From Candidatus Aminicenantes bacterium (GTDB lineage: Bacteria; Acidobacteriota; Aminicenantia; UBA2199): a stretch of DNA of 54,192 bases. The notes under the pieces were generated by a model, which made no database searches, was not told the DNA's origin, and worked only from the letters and a program-made list of their open reading frames with translations. Below, piece after piece: positions 35,998 to 45,300 of the stretch (its first letter is position 1; each line of letters begins with the position of its first letter). The translations under genes and the position numbers were made by a program. The DNA lies in assembly GCA_024644125.1 (NCBI GenBank), contig JAHELQ010000001.1:1-54192 (forward strand). The letters run 5' to 3'.

Positions 35998-38900
35998 GTC
36001 GCGCTCCTTTTTTCTTGTTCAAACGCTGCCGTTTCAAATCTTTGCCTCTCGTCATCGAATCGATCCTCGTTTTTTCGATATCCGCGGCCTGCTGTCCGTG
36101 GGATTCTCCAGTTAGAAATTTCGATAAAGAATAGATAGATGGAAACCTGAACAGGGTTGTGACCGAAACATCCTTCCCCAACCTCTCTTTCAACTTTTCG
36201 TGCAGAGTGACGATTTTCAGGGAATTCCCGCTGATTTCAAAAAAATTGTCGTGAATGCCCACCTTTTCCAATCCCAAAACCTCTTTCCAGGCCTCGGCGA
36301 TGGCAGTCTCCAAATCGTCGCGGGGAGCCACAAATTGTCTGGAAGAATCCATGCGCGTTCCCGATTGTTTCAGTTTGGCGATATCCACTTTCCCTCCGAC
36401 TGTGAGAGGCATAACGTCAAGACTGACAAATTCGGCGGGAATCATATATTCGGGAAGTCTCTCCCCGAGCCAGGCCCTCAACGAACCGGTTTCGAGTTCT
36501 TCGCTCATTACGATATAGGCCCTAAGGAACTTTTCTCCATTTTCAACGATGGGTAATACCTTGGTCTGAAGAATAGACGGATTATGATGAAGGCAGGTCT
36601 CGATCTCTCCGGGCTCGATACGGTATCCACTAATTTTTATTTGTTTGTCGATTCGTCCTAGAAACTCGATGTCGCCGTTATCCAGCCACCGGGCCAAATC
36701 TCCGGTCCGGTAAAGATATCCATTTGAGCCGAACGGGTCGGTTATGAATTTTTCCGCTGTGAGATCAGGATGGTTCAGATACCCTCTGGCCACACCGTCG
36801 CCCCCTACCAGTAATTCGCCGGCCAAACCCGGCGGGCATAAAGAACTATTCCGGTCCACAATATAGGCTGTGGAATTGGCAATGGGCCTTCCAATAGGAA
36901 CTATCCCCTCCTTCACATCTTTTATCCGGCAAAAAGTCGAATATGTCGTGTTTTCTGTAGGCCCATACATGTGAATGAACGAGGTAGCCGGCGCCATGTG
37001 AAGTTGGCGTTTCACTTTCGCAGGATCGATAACATCGCCTCCCACCAGGATAGATGAAAGGGATGCAAACAATTCCGGTTCCTGATCGGTCAAGCGCATG
37101 AACAACGGTGTTGACATGAAGAGAACGTCGATTGCCAATCGCCGGAGCTCGATCTTCAAACGGGACGCTTCGAGTATGGACTCTTTATCTATTAAACAGA
37201 GACGCATACCGTTGGCGAGCGATCCCCATATTTCAAACGTGGACGCGTCGAACTCCAGCGCCCCAGTCTGCAACAAATGTGTGCCGGGTGAAAATTCCAG
37301 GTAATTGGTATTCCGTATCAACCTGACGATATGTTTATGGTTCACCATCACGCCTTTGGGATTTCCAGTGGAACCAGAAGTATAAATGATGTATGCCAAT
37401 TGAGACGGATCTCCGGTAAGTTCCAAATCTCTCTTCTCCGGCTCTGCCGTCATTTGGGAAATTGAATACTGTTCGACGACCAGTTCTTCACCGCTATGTT
37501 GATGAGTGGTGAGCAAAAGCTTCGCCTTTGTATCCGCCAGCATGAATTTTTGGCGGCCGGAGGGGTAAGATGGATTGACCGGTAAATAGGCGGCCCCAAC
37601 CGTCAGAATCGCAAAGATGCCGACAATCATCTCCAGACACGGCCCAGACATGATGGCGACAATATCCCCTGCTTCGATTCCTTTTTGAACCAATACCGAG
37701 GACAGCGTCCGTGCTTGATCCGCCAGCTCACGGTATGTCAATTGCCCGCCGCCATACGAAACCGCAATCCAATCGGGAAATTCTTCGACTTGTTCCCATA
37801 CCAGTCGATGCACAGTGCTTTGCCGTGGGTATTCTGTAGCAGTGTGATTCAGATCTTCCAAAATCCACTCCTTCGCCTCCGGCGACACTATGTCGATGTC
37901 TCCGATTTTCAGATGGTGATTTGCAAATACCGCGTTCAATATATCTTTGTAAATCCCGGCAAATCTCTCGATACTTTGGGGACGGTACAGGGTGGAAGTA
38001 TATTCTACCGTCAAGAATAGTTGATCGGTCATTTCTGTCATCGTGAAGTTCAAATCGAATTTTGATCGATTCAGATTGATTCGCTCCGCCTGCTGCCGGT
38101 TCACTTTGTCGGATGATTTTTTTATGAGATGATAGGAGAAAACCACATCAAACAAGGGATTACGGCTGGTGTCCCGTTGAAGTTCAAGGTGTTCCACCAG
38201 ATCCTCAAATGGATATTCCTGGTTCTCCATGGCCTGGAGCAAAAGTTTTTTGACCTGCTGGAGGAATTGAGCGAAGGGAATGTCGTCCTTCACAGTGATT
38301 CGCAACGGCAATGTATTGACAAACATTCCGATGATATGTTCGAGATCGTCATGACGCCTCCCTGCCACCGGAGTTCCGACCACCAGGTCTTGCTGGCCGC
38401 TCAGCTTATATAATAGTATATAATATGCAGCCAACGAAGCCATAAATCCTGTGACTTCCTGCCTGGCGCATAGCTCCTGAAGTCTGTTCAATTCATCCCC
38501 CCCCCAGGGAAACCGCTTTGTATCCCCGGAGAAATCCCGGATAACAGGCCTTGGGTAATCGGTTGCCATATCCAATGTCTGCATGGGGCTATCGAACGCT
38601 TCCAACCAGAATGCCTTCTGCTTTCCCAGGGTATCACGATGCATTTCATTGGCCTGCCAGAGCGCGTAATCCACATAGCGAACCGGGAGCTCCGGCAACG
38701 GCTGGCCCCGGTGAATCGATAAGAAATCACGTTGCAGGATATCCAACGATAATCCGTCGGCGATGATGTGATGCATATCCACCAACAATTGTAGTCTACC
38801 GTCGTCTCCTTCCAGCAATCCGACCCTGAACAATGGCGGATGGGCTAAATCGAATGGCCGGATAAATTCGTCATAGGACTGAACCCTCCCGATAAAGACA

Positions 38901-40930
38901 TCGATACGGTCAACTACACGTTGCACCGGTCGTCCGTTATGTATAGTGATATAGGTTCTCAAGCCATCGTGCCGTTCAACCAACTTCCCGATGACTCTAC
39001 CGATGGTAGCCGGATCTCTCCCTTCGGGCAACAGAATGATTTGAGGAAGATTGTAACTGGCGCCCACCCCGTCCATTTTTTGCAATACATACAACCGTGA
39101 CTGAGCCGGCGTGAGAGGGTAATAGTCTCTTTTTTCGGTTGCGGTAATGGGAGTGAATTCTTCACGGGCCATATCTTTTATGAGGAGAGCTTGCTTCTCG
39201 ATGGTATTTTGCTTGAACGCGGCGCCCAGCGATAATTTGAGATTGAAGCGGCTATGGATTTTCGTTATGAGGGTCATCATGTTTAACGAATTGCCTCCAG
39301 CGTTGAAGAACGTGTCGGTGACTCCGAATTTGTCTGTTTTCAATACCTCGGCCCAAACGCTCTTTAGATCCTCTTCAATCCGGTCGCGGGGTTCTACGAA
39401 GTCCTCGTCCGACGGCACAAGTTCCGCAAGAGCGGTAAAATCGATTTTTCCGTTCGGCTTCCGGGGAAACGTTTCCAGTTTGACAATTTTCGCCGGAATC
39501 ATGTAGTCTGGAAGCTGCCGCCGCGCATCCACCATCAACTGCCGCTCTATTTGGGCAGTTTCTCCGGTATTGATTACAAACGCGACCAAACGGTGATTCT
39601 CCCCAGGGAGTTCCTGTTTGATTACCGCCACCTCCCGCACATCATTCGATCGCGCGAGAACGCTCTCGATCTCTTCCAGCTCGATGCGCATGCCCCGAAT
39701 CTTGACTTGCCGGTCCACACGGCCCGTCAATTCCAGATTGCCGTCCGGCAACAAACGCCCCAGATCGCCGGTTTTATATATCAAATCACCGGGATCGTCG
39801 CTGAAGGGATTTGGAATAAAACTTGCTCGGTTTAATTCAGGATTGTTCAGATATCCCAACGAGCGGTACGGAGTACGAATATACACTTCCCCCACCATTG
39901 ATTGCTGGCAAATTTCCATCTGTTCATCCAATACAATCACGCGCGAGCCGGGAATCGGTTTTCCCACCGGCATATTGGAGCGGAGTACATCGTCCGCCGA
40001 GATCCGGTAAAAAAGTTTTGCCAGAGTGGTCTCTGTGGGACCGTATATATTGACCAATTGCACCCGGGAACCGATCCGCGCATACCATTGGCCCAATTCC
40101 GATGGGATGATGCGTTCGCCTGCCATCAACACATACCGCAATTGAGGAAATTGGTTCTGCCGCAAATTGCCGTTATTTACAATGCGAAAAATCGAAGGGA
40201 CACAATGGATGAGGCGTACGCCGGATTGTTCGATCCATTGGCTCAGGAGTTCTCCGTCGTAAACAATGTCTTTTTTTGGAGGTATGCACACTGCGGCTCC
40301 AGCGCACAGCGGCATCAGGACATCGCGCATATAGACATCAAATCCCGGAGTCGTCAACTGACTGACCCGGAAGGATTCATCGACTCCAAACTCTTCGATT
40401 TCCCACTCGATAAAATGGAGTAGCCCTTTGTTTCTACCGACCACCCCTTTGGGCGTCCCGGTGGTGCCCGAGGTAAAATATATATAAACCGGCCCCTCCC
40501 GATCGAAACTCGGAGGCTGGTAGGACGTACTCTCAGTATCGGACGCAGAATCGATCACATCGTTGAACATCAGGCATTGGGCAATCGGAGGATGTTCCAG
40601 GCGGCCGCAGATGACGGTTCGCAAATCAACGGCTTCGATCAGGGCCCCCAGCCGTCCGTCGGGCAGGGCGGTATCCAGCGGCACAAACGCGCACCCGGCC
40701 TTGAGGACCCCAACCAGGGCGACAATCAAATTCATCTTGTCTTCCATTAACAAACCGATGAAGGTTCCGGGAACAATGCCGTTTTTTTGCAAGCTTGCGG
40801 CAATCCTTCCGGCTTTCTCGTCCAGCTCGGCATAGGTCATCACCCGCTCGCCGCATTCCAGTGCAATATTCTTAGAGTGGGCGGATAGGCTATTCAGCAG
40901 TTTTTCTTCAATGGTGTTCACTTTCATCAT
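35987..40930 (-). CDS. Non-ribosomal peptide synthetase A-T-C-A-T
   Basis: I chose the start at ATG 40930 (MMKVNTIEEK) because AAAGGAGAG lies 3-4 nt upstream. The first module has A3 YIYFTSGTTGTPKGV followed by LLHFIEWEI, then T FFNAGGNSL. The C domain has EKRDYYPLTPAQSRLY and MHHIIADGLS. The second module has A3 YIIYTSGSTGNPKGV and T FFEISGNSL. The stop overlaps the PKS start by 11 nt. Confidence 0.9.
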   Translation of the reverse strand: MMKVNTIEEKLLNSLSAHSKNIALECGERVMTYAELDEKAGRIAASLQKNGIVPGTFIGLLMEDKMNLIVALVGVLKAGCAFVPLDTALPDGRLGALIEAVDLRTVICGRLEHPPIAQCLMFNDVIDSASDTESTSYQPPSFDREGPVYIYFTSGTTGTPKGVVGRNKGLLHFIEWEIEEFGVDESFRVSQLTTPGFDVYMRDVLMPLCAGAAVCIPPKKDIVYDGELLSQWIEQSGVRLIHCVPSIFRIVNNGNLRQNQFPQLRYVLMAGERIIPSELGQWYARIGSRVQLVNIYGPTETTLAKLFYRISADDVLRSNMPVGKPIPGSRVIVLDEQMEICQQSMVGEVYIRTPYRSLGYLNNPELNRASFIPNPFSDDPGDLIYKTGDLGRLLPDGNLELTGRVDRQVKIRGMRIELEEIESVLARSNDVREVAVIKQELPGENHRLVAFVINTGETAQIERQLMVDARRQLPDYMIPAKIVKLETFPRKPNGKIDFTALAELVPSDEDFVEPRDRIEEDLKSVWAEVLKTDKFGVTDTFFNAGGNSLNMMTLITKIHSRFNLKLSLGAAFKQNTIEKQALLIKDMAREEFTPITATEKRDYYPLTPAQSRLYVLQKMDGVGASYNLPQIILLPEGRDPATIGRVIGKLVERHDGLRTYITIHNGRPVQRVVDRIDVFIGRVQSYDEFIRPFDLAHPPLFRVGLLEGDDGRLQLLVDMHHIIADGLSLDILQRDFLSIHRGQPLPELPVRYVDYALWQANEMHRDTLGKQKAFWLEAFDSPMQTLDMATDYPRPVIRDFSGDTKRFPWGGDELNRLQELCARQEVTGFMASLAAYYILLYKLSGQQDLVVGTPVAGRRHDDLEHIIGMFVNTLPLRITVKDDIPFAQFLQQVKKLLLQAMENQEYPFEDLVEHLELQRDTSRNPLFDVVFSYHLIKKSSDKVNRQQAERINLNRSKFDLNFTMTEMTDQLFLTVEYTSTLYRPQSIERFAGIYKDILNAVFANHHLKIGDIDIVSPEAKEWILEDLNHTATEYPRQSTVHRLVWEQVEEFPDWIAVSYGGGQLTYRELADQARTLSSVLVQKGIEAGDIVAIMSGPCLEMIVGIFAILTVGAAYLPVNPSYPSGRQKFMLADTKAKLLLTTHQHSGEELVVEQYSISQMTAEPEKRDLELTGDPSQLAYIIYTSGSTGNPKGVMVNHKHIVRLIRNTNYLEFSPGTHLLQTGALEFDASTFEIWGSLANGMRLCLIDKESILEASRLKIELRRLAIDVLFMSTPLFMRLTDQEPELFASLSSILVGGDVIDPAKVKRQLHMAPATSFIHMYGPTENTTYSTFCRIKDVKEGIVPIGRPIANSTAYIVDRNSSLCPPGLAGELLVGGDGVARGYLNHPDLTAEKFITDPFGSNGYLYRTGDLARWLDNGDIEFLGRIDKQIKISGYRIEPGEIETCLHHNPSILQTKVLPIVENGEKFLRAYIVMSEELETGSLRAWLGERLPEYMIPAEFVSLDVMPLTVGGKVDIAKLKQSGTRMDSSRQFVAPRDDLETAIAEAWKEVLGLEKVGIHDNFFEISGNSLKIVTLHEKLKERLGKDVSVTTLFRFPSIYSLSKFLTGESHGQQAADIEKTRIDSMTRGKDLKRQRLNKKKGARHES

Positions 40931-40949
40931 AAGCTCTCCTTTAGAGGTT

Positions 40950-42326
40950 CTATTCCAGAGGTTGATTGAAGTCGTCAATCAAAACCTTACGTTGTTGAGG
41001 CCGCCCGGCGATCTCCAATTGACCTACCAGTATCTCTCCTGCGGTCAACACCTGGCGGATAATGCTCATCAATTGCTCCCCTACCTGGGACATCACACGG
41101 CGATCGATTGCCAACGCGTTGAAATCCAGGCGCACAAGGAAATTCAAATCCGGCACCACCTTCACGCTTAAATCAAAACTGGTATGGGCGAAGGAATCGA
41201 TATTCATTAATTGCGTTCCCTTATTTTCACGATTTTTTTCTACAGGATAACTGTCGAAGGAAACGATATGGTCGAACAAATCTTGCTTATGGGGTGTCAA
41301 TGCCTGGATATCCCCCAAAGGGAAATAATGGTGCGCCTCACCCTCGATGTGTTCGTTTTGTACGTTTTGCAAGACGTGAACAATCGTCATGCTGTCGTCA
41401 AAACGGATCCGCCGGGGAACAGTGTTGATGAACAACCCCAGCATCGTTTCTATGCCCGGTATTTCACCAGGGCGCCCGGAGACGACTGATCCGAAGATCA
41501 CATCGGTCACTCCATTGAATTTTGCCAGCGTGATCCCCCACATCGTTTGGGAAAAAATATTCATGGTGATTCGGTTGTTACGGACAAACCGTTGCAATAA
41601 CCGCAGATGATCTTGATCCAGGTGATATGACAACATTGCCTTCTTGTATCCGCTGCTCTGCCCTTGCAGCAGTGTTCTTCCCGGAGCCCCGGTTAGTTTG
41701 TTGTAATGAGCGAGATAGCGTCGCCAATATTCGCGGGAGGTAAGCCGGTCCTGCTTCTCCAACCATTCAATGTAATTGCGGAACGGAATGGCCGCTGCCA
41801 GGTTTGGTCGCCGGTTTTCCCGCATACTATTGTACATTTCAAAGAACTCGGACACGATAATTCCGGTACACCAGCCGTCCATCAAAATATGATGGTGGCT
41901 CCAGACAAACTCAAATTCCCGGTTTCCAAGATGGAACACCGCCACCCGCATCAACACATCCTTCGTTAAGTGGAATGGCTTGTGCACATCGTCCAGTCTA
42001 TATTTTTCAAGGAAGAGTTGCCGCTCGCGCCCGGTACCCATAGTCGCCAGATCTTCGTAATGAAACAGACATTTACGGCGATTCAACACCACTTGCAGAG
42101 GTTTCTCCCGGTCCTGGTAAACAAAGGCCGTGCGTAGAATATCATGCCTCTCGAACAACGCATCGAGACTTTTCTCGATTAGATCCGGTTCAAATTCGCC
42201 TTGAAGCCGGAACGAAGCTTGCTCGAAATAGGCTGTGCTATGCTCTTCCATCACGGAGTGCAGAAGCATCCCCTCCTGCATTGGGGTCAATGGGTAAATA
42301 TCCTGTATATTTCCTTTTGGTTTCAT
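40950..42326 (-). CDS. Free-standing condensation-domain protein (DCL-type signature)
   Basis: 458 aa. It starts IQDIYPLTPMQEGMLLHS, the N-terminal motif typical of C domains that follow E domains. The active site is HHILMDGWC, and GLFINTVPRRI is present. It has its own stop (TAG 40950-40952), and the next gene has its own SD and ATG. Confidence 0.85.
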   Translation of the reverse strand: MKPKGNIQDIYPLTPMQEGMLLHSVMEEHSTAYFEQASFRLQGEFEPDLIEKSLDALFERHDILRTAFVYQDREKPLQVVLNRRKCLFHYEDLATMGTGRERQLFLEKYRLDDVHKPFHLTKDVLMRVAVFHLGNREFEFVWSHHHILMDGWCTGIIVSEFFEMYNSMRENRRPNLAAAIPFRNYIEWLEKQDRLTSREYWRRYLAHYNKLTGAPGRTLLQGQSSGYKKAMLSYHLDQDHLRLLQRFVRNNRITMNIFSQTMWGITLAKFNGVTDVIFGSVVSGRPGEIPGIETMLGLFINTVPRRIRFDDSMTIVHVLQNVQNEHIEGEAHHYFPLGDIQALTPHKQDLFDHIVSFDSYPVEKNRENKGTQLMNIDSFAHTSFDLSVKVVPDLNFLVRLDFNALAIDRRVMSQVGEQLMSIIRQVLTAGEILVGQLEIAGRPQQRKVLIDDFNQPLE

Positions 42327-42344
42327 ATTCGTTTCCCGATGACC

Positions 42345-45300
42345 CTACTCCCCTACAAGAGAACCGATATGCTCCAGATCTTCCATCGAAAGGTCTTTGT
42401 ATGAAAAATCCGCCGGAGTCATCTCTCTCTCGCCTCGGGAAGAACAGAAATCGATCGTCTGCTTCAATTGCCCGGCAAACGTATCCAACAATCTTTCAAT
42501 ATCGTCGCCCTGAAATAGTTTTTCGCTGAACGAGGCGGTGATGTGCAGTTTACCTCCAATCACGATGCAGATGATATCCAATAAATATTCCCGTTGCTGA
42601 TCGAGGCTATGAGCCTGGCCGGTTGTGCTGTCCGCGATGACGCGGAAGGGCAATTCGGTGGTGTCCCTGTCGAATTGTCCCAGGTAATTGAAACTGACCT
42701 GGGGACCGGTTGTTGCCTTTAACGAAGACTTCGTCCCGGAACTCAAATATTTTAAAATCCCATAACCGATACCTTTTCGGGGGACCCGGCGCAACATCTC
42801 CTTTGTGTCGATAATATGGCGATCCAGCGATTGTGTCCCGTCTGATGTGAGCGACACCGGAAACACGCTGGTAAACCATCCGACAGTGCGCTGAACAGCG
42901 ATCTCTTCGAACAATTCTTCGCGTCCATGCCCTTCCAGGGCCACCAACAACCCGCTCTGCCCCCAGTGTTCGTTCACCGCGAGAGCCAACGCCGCCAACA
43001 GCAAATCGTTCATCTCAGTTCCAAACGCTTCATGCGCTCCGGTCAGGAGCGCTTCGGTATGTTCGACATCGAGCGCCACTGTTTTAGTTTGTTGATCTTT
43101 TACGAAATTCTCGGATTCATTGGCCTCCACAGGCAAATGGGCGCCGCCGGCATTCAAGACTCTGTACCAATAATCGAATTCTTCCTGTAGCGAGGACTCA
43201 TCTGCAAATTGCCGCAGCCGGTTTGCCCACGCTTTGATGGAAGAAGATTTCGACTGCAATTGCAGCGGCGTGCCCTGTTTGAGTTGGAGGTACAACTCAG
43301 CGATGTCTTCGAATAAAATTCGCCAGGACACACCGTCCACCACTAAATGGTGGATGACAATCAAAAGCCTATCCCCTTCATCCAGATGGAAGAGCCCGAT
43401 CTTCATCAACGGACCGTGTTCCAGATTGATTCGAGCTTGAACACCGTTCGCTTTTTCCACCAATGCCGCAGTCGGATCGCATTCATCCCGGAGATCGAAC
43501 TCTTCGATATGGACCGGCATCAGGTCATCGACAATCTCTGCGACTATCACCCCTTCATGTTCCCGAAACACCGTTCTAAGGGCGTCATGGTGTGACTGCA
43601 GGCGCTTGAATATCTTTTCCAACTTGGCTCGATCTAAACGCTCCTCCAGTTGAAGCGCCACCGCCTGATTGTAATGATGCTTGTCGATGATGATTTTTTC
43701 GAAGAATTCCGCCTGGCTGGGAAGGAGGGGAACGGACCCGGAGATTACGCCTGATTCTTTTTTTTGTGTGTTTGCAGTCACCATCGGCGCCAACTGCGCG
43801 ATGACCGGATGCCGGAACAGATCGCTCATTTTGAGTTTATATCCCGCTTTGTTCAAACGCGAGATGATCTGGATGGCTTTGATAGAATCGCCGCCAATGG
43901 AGAAGAAGTTTTCGTTGATTCCGATCTCTTTTCGTCCCAACACCTCTTGCCAGACTTTGGCCAACTCCTTCTCGACCGGCGACTGTGGCTCTTGAAAATC
44001 TTCGCCCGCCGTTCCAGTTGCGGAAATATCCATATTCGCCAATGCCCGGCGATCCAGTTTGCCTCCGGGAGTTTTGGGCATTTCATGCAAATATAGAAAC
44101 GATACCGGAATCATATACTCCGGCAACCGTTCCCGGCAATATGAAGCGAGATCATATTCATCCAGAGGATTTTTCGCTGTATAAAAGGCAACCAGGAACG
44201 CTCCGCCGGTTTCATCTTTGCGGTCCATCACCACAGCGTCATCCACGAACTTATATTCCCGTATTCTATTCTCTATCTCCCCCAATTCAATGCGAAAGCC
44301 GCGAATCTTCACTTGATGATCGATCCGCCCATGGAAAACCAATACCCCAGATTGGGAAAACGCCGCCAGATCTCCGGTTTTGTAGAGCCTTGCAAAGCAG
44401 CCATCATTGCCTTCGGCGAACGGATTTTCGATAAATTTATCATGTGTGGCTTCAGGATTGTTAAGATACCCGCGGCACACTCCGGCGCCGGAAATAACCA
44501 GCTCGCCGCGAATCCCAACCGGTTGAAGACGGAGATATTTGTCAACCACGTAACATGTGGTGTTGGCAATGGGTCTTCCCAAACTCACAGATTCAGGTCC
44601 ACAAGAGCATGCGACGGCATCGATGGTCGTCTCGGTCGGCCCATATTGGTTGAAGAGCGGATATCCCAATTCCAGCAATTGGTCTTTGACATGATTATCC
44701 AGCTTTTCTCCGCCGGAAATCACCACCTTCAACGCCGGAAGGCGCTTTTCGCCCAGGAGCATTTCTTTCAATAACGACGGTACGGCGTTGATGATTTCGA
44801 TCTCGTTCCGGCGCATGAAAGTGAGAAATTCCTCTTTATCGGTCAACAACCTCCGGTTGGTGAGAAACACGGTACCTCCATGCGCCAGAGTACCGAAGAT
44901 CTGTTCGACGCTGGGATCAAACGTATAACTGGTCATCGTCAAAACCTTTGTCCCATTGCCGACCTTATAGGTATCGCCATACCAGAGAAGGGTGTTGGCG
45001 GCGTTGCGCTGCTCGATCATCACCCCCTTCGGCGTACCGGTGGACCCCGATGTATAAATTATGTACGCCAGATCGGCTGCTTCGCCCGCATCCGGCGGAT
45101 CATGTTCAGGATACGAGGCGATGACCTCTTGCAATTGATCTTGCAATACGATCTCCCTTGCGATTCTCCTGTCCTTTTTTTGATCCCGCCGAACAAACGC
45201 GATGCCCGGGATTGTCTCCAATATATCGTCTGAAGGCAACGATCGCCCATTCTCGATATATTTTACCACCAACTCCGTAAACACGGTTTCCCCTTCGCTA

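Noticed and set aside
40928-40990. A possible frameshift artificially separating the free-standing C domain from the following A-T-C-A-T protein. The ORFs overlap by 29 nt in the six-frame track, and the second ORF starts at a TTG.
   Set aside because: Reading the DNA gives ...TTC AAT CAA CCT CTG GAA TAG, followed by AACCTCTAAAGGAGAGCTT ATG ATG AAA. A strong SD sits at correct spacing before an ATG (40930). The TTG-extended overlap is therefore an ORF-finder artefact, and the two genes look genuinely separate. Read-level confirmation is still advisable.
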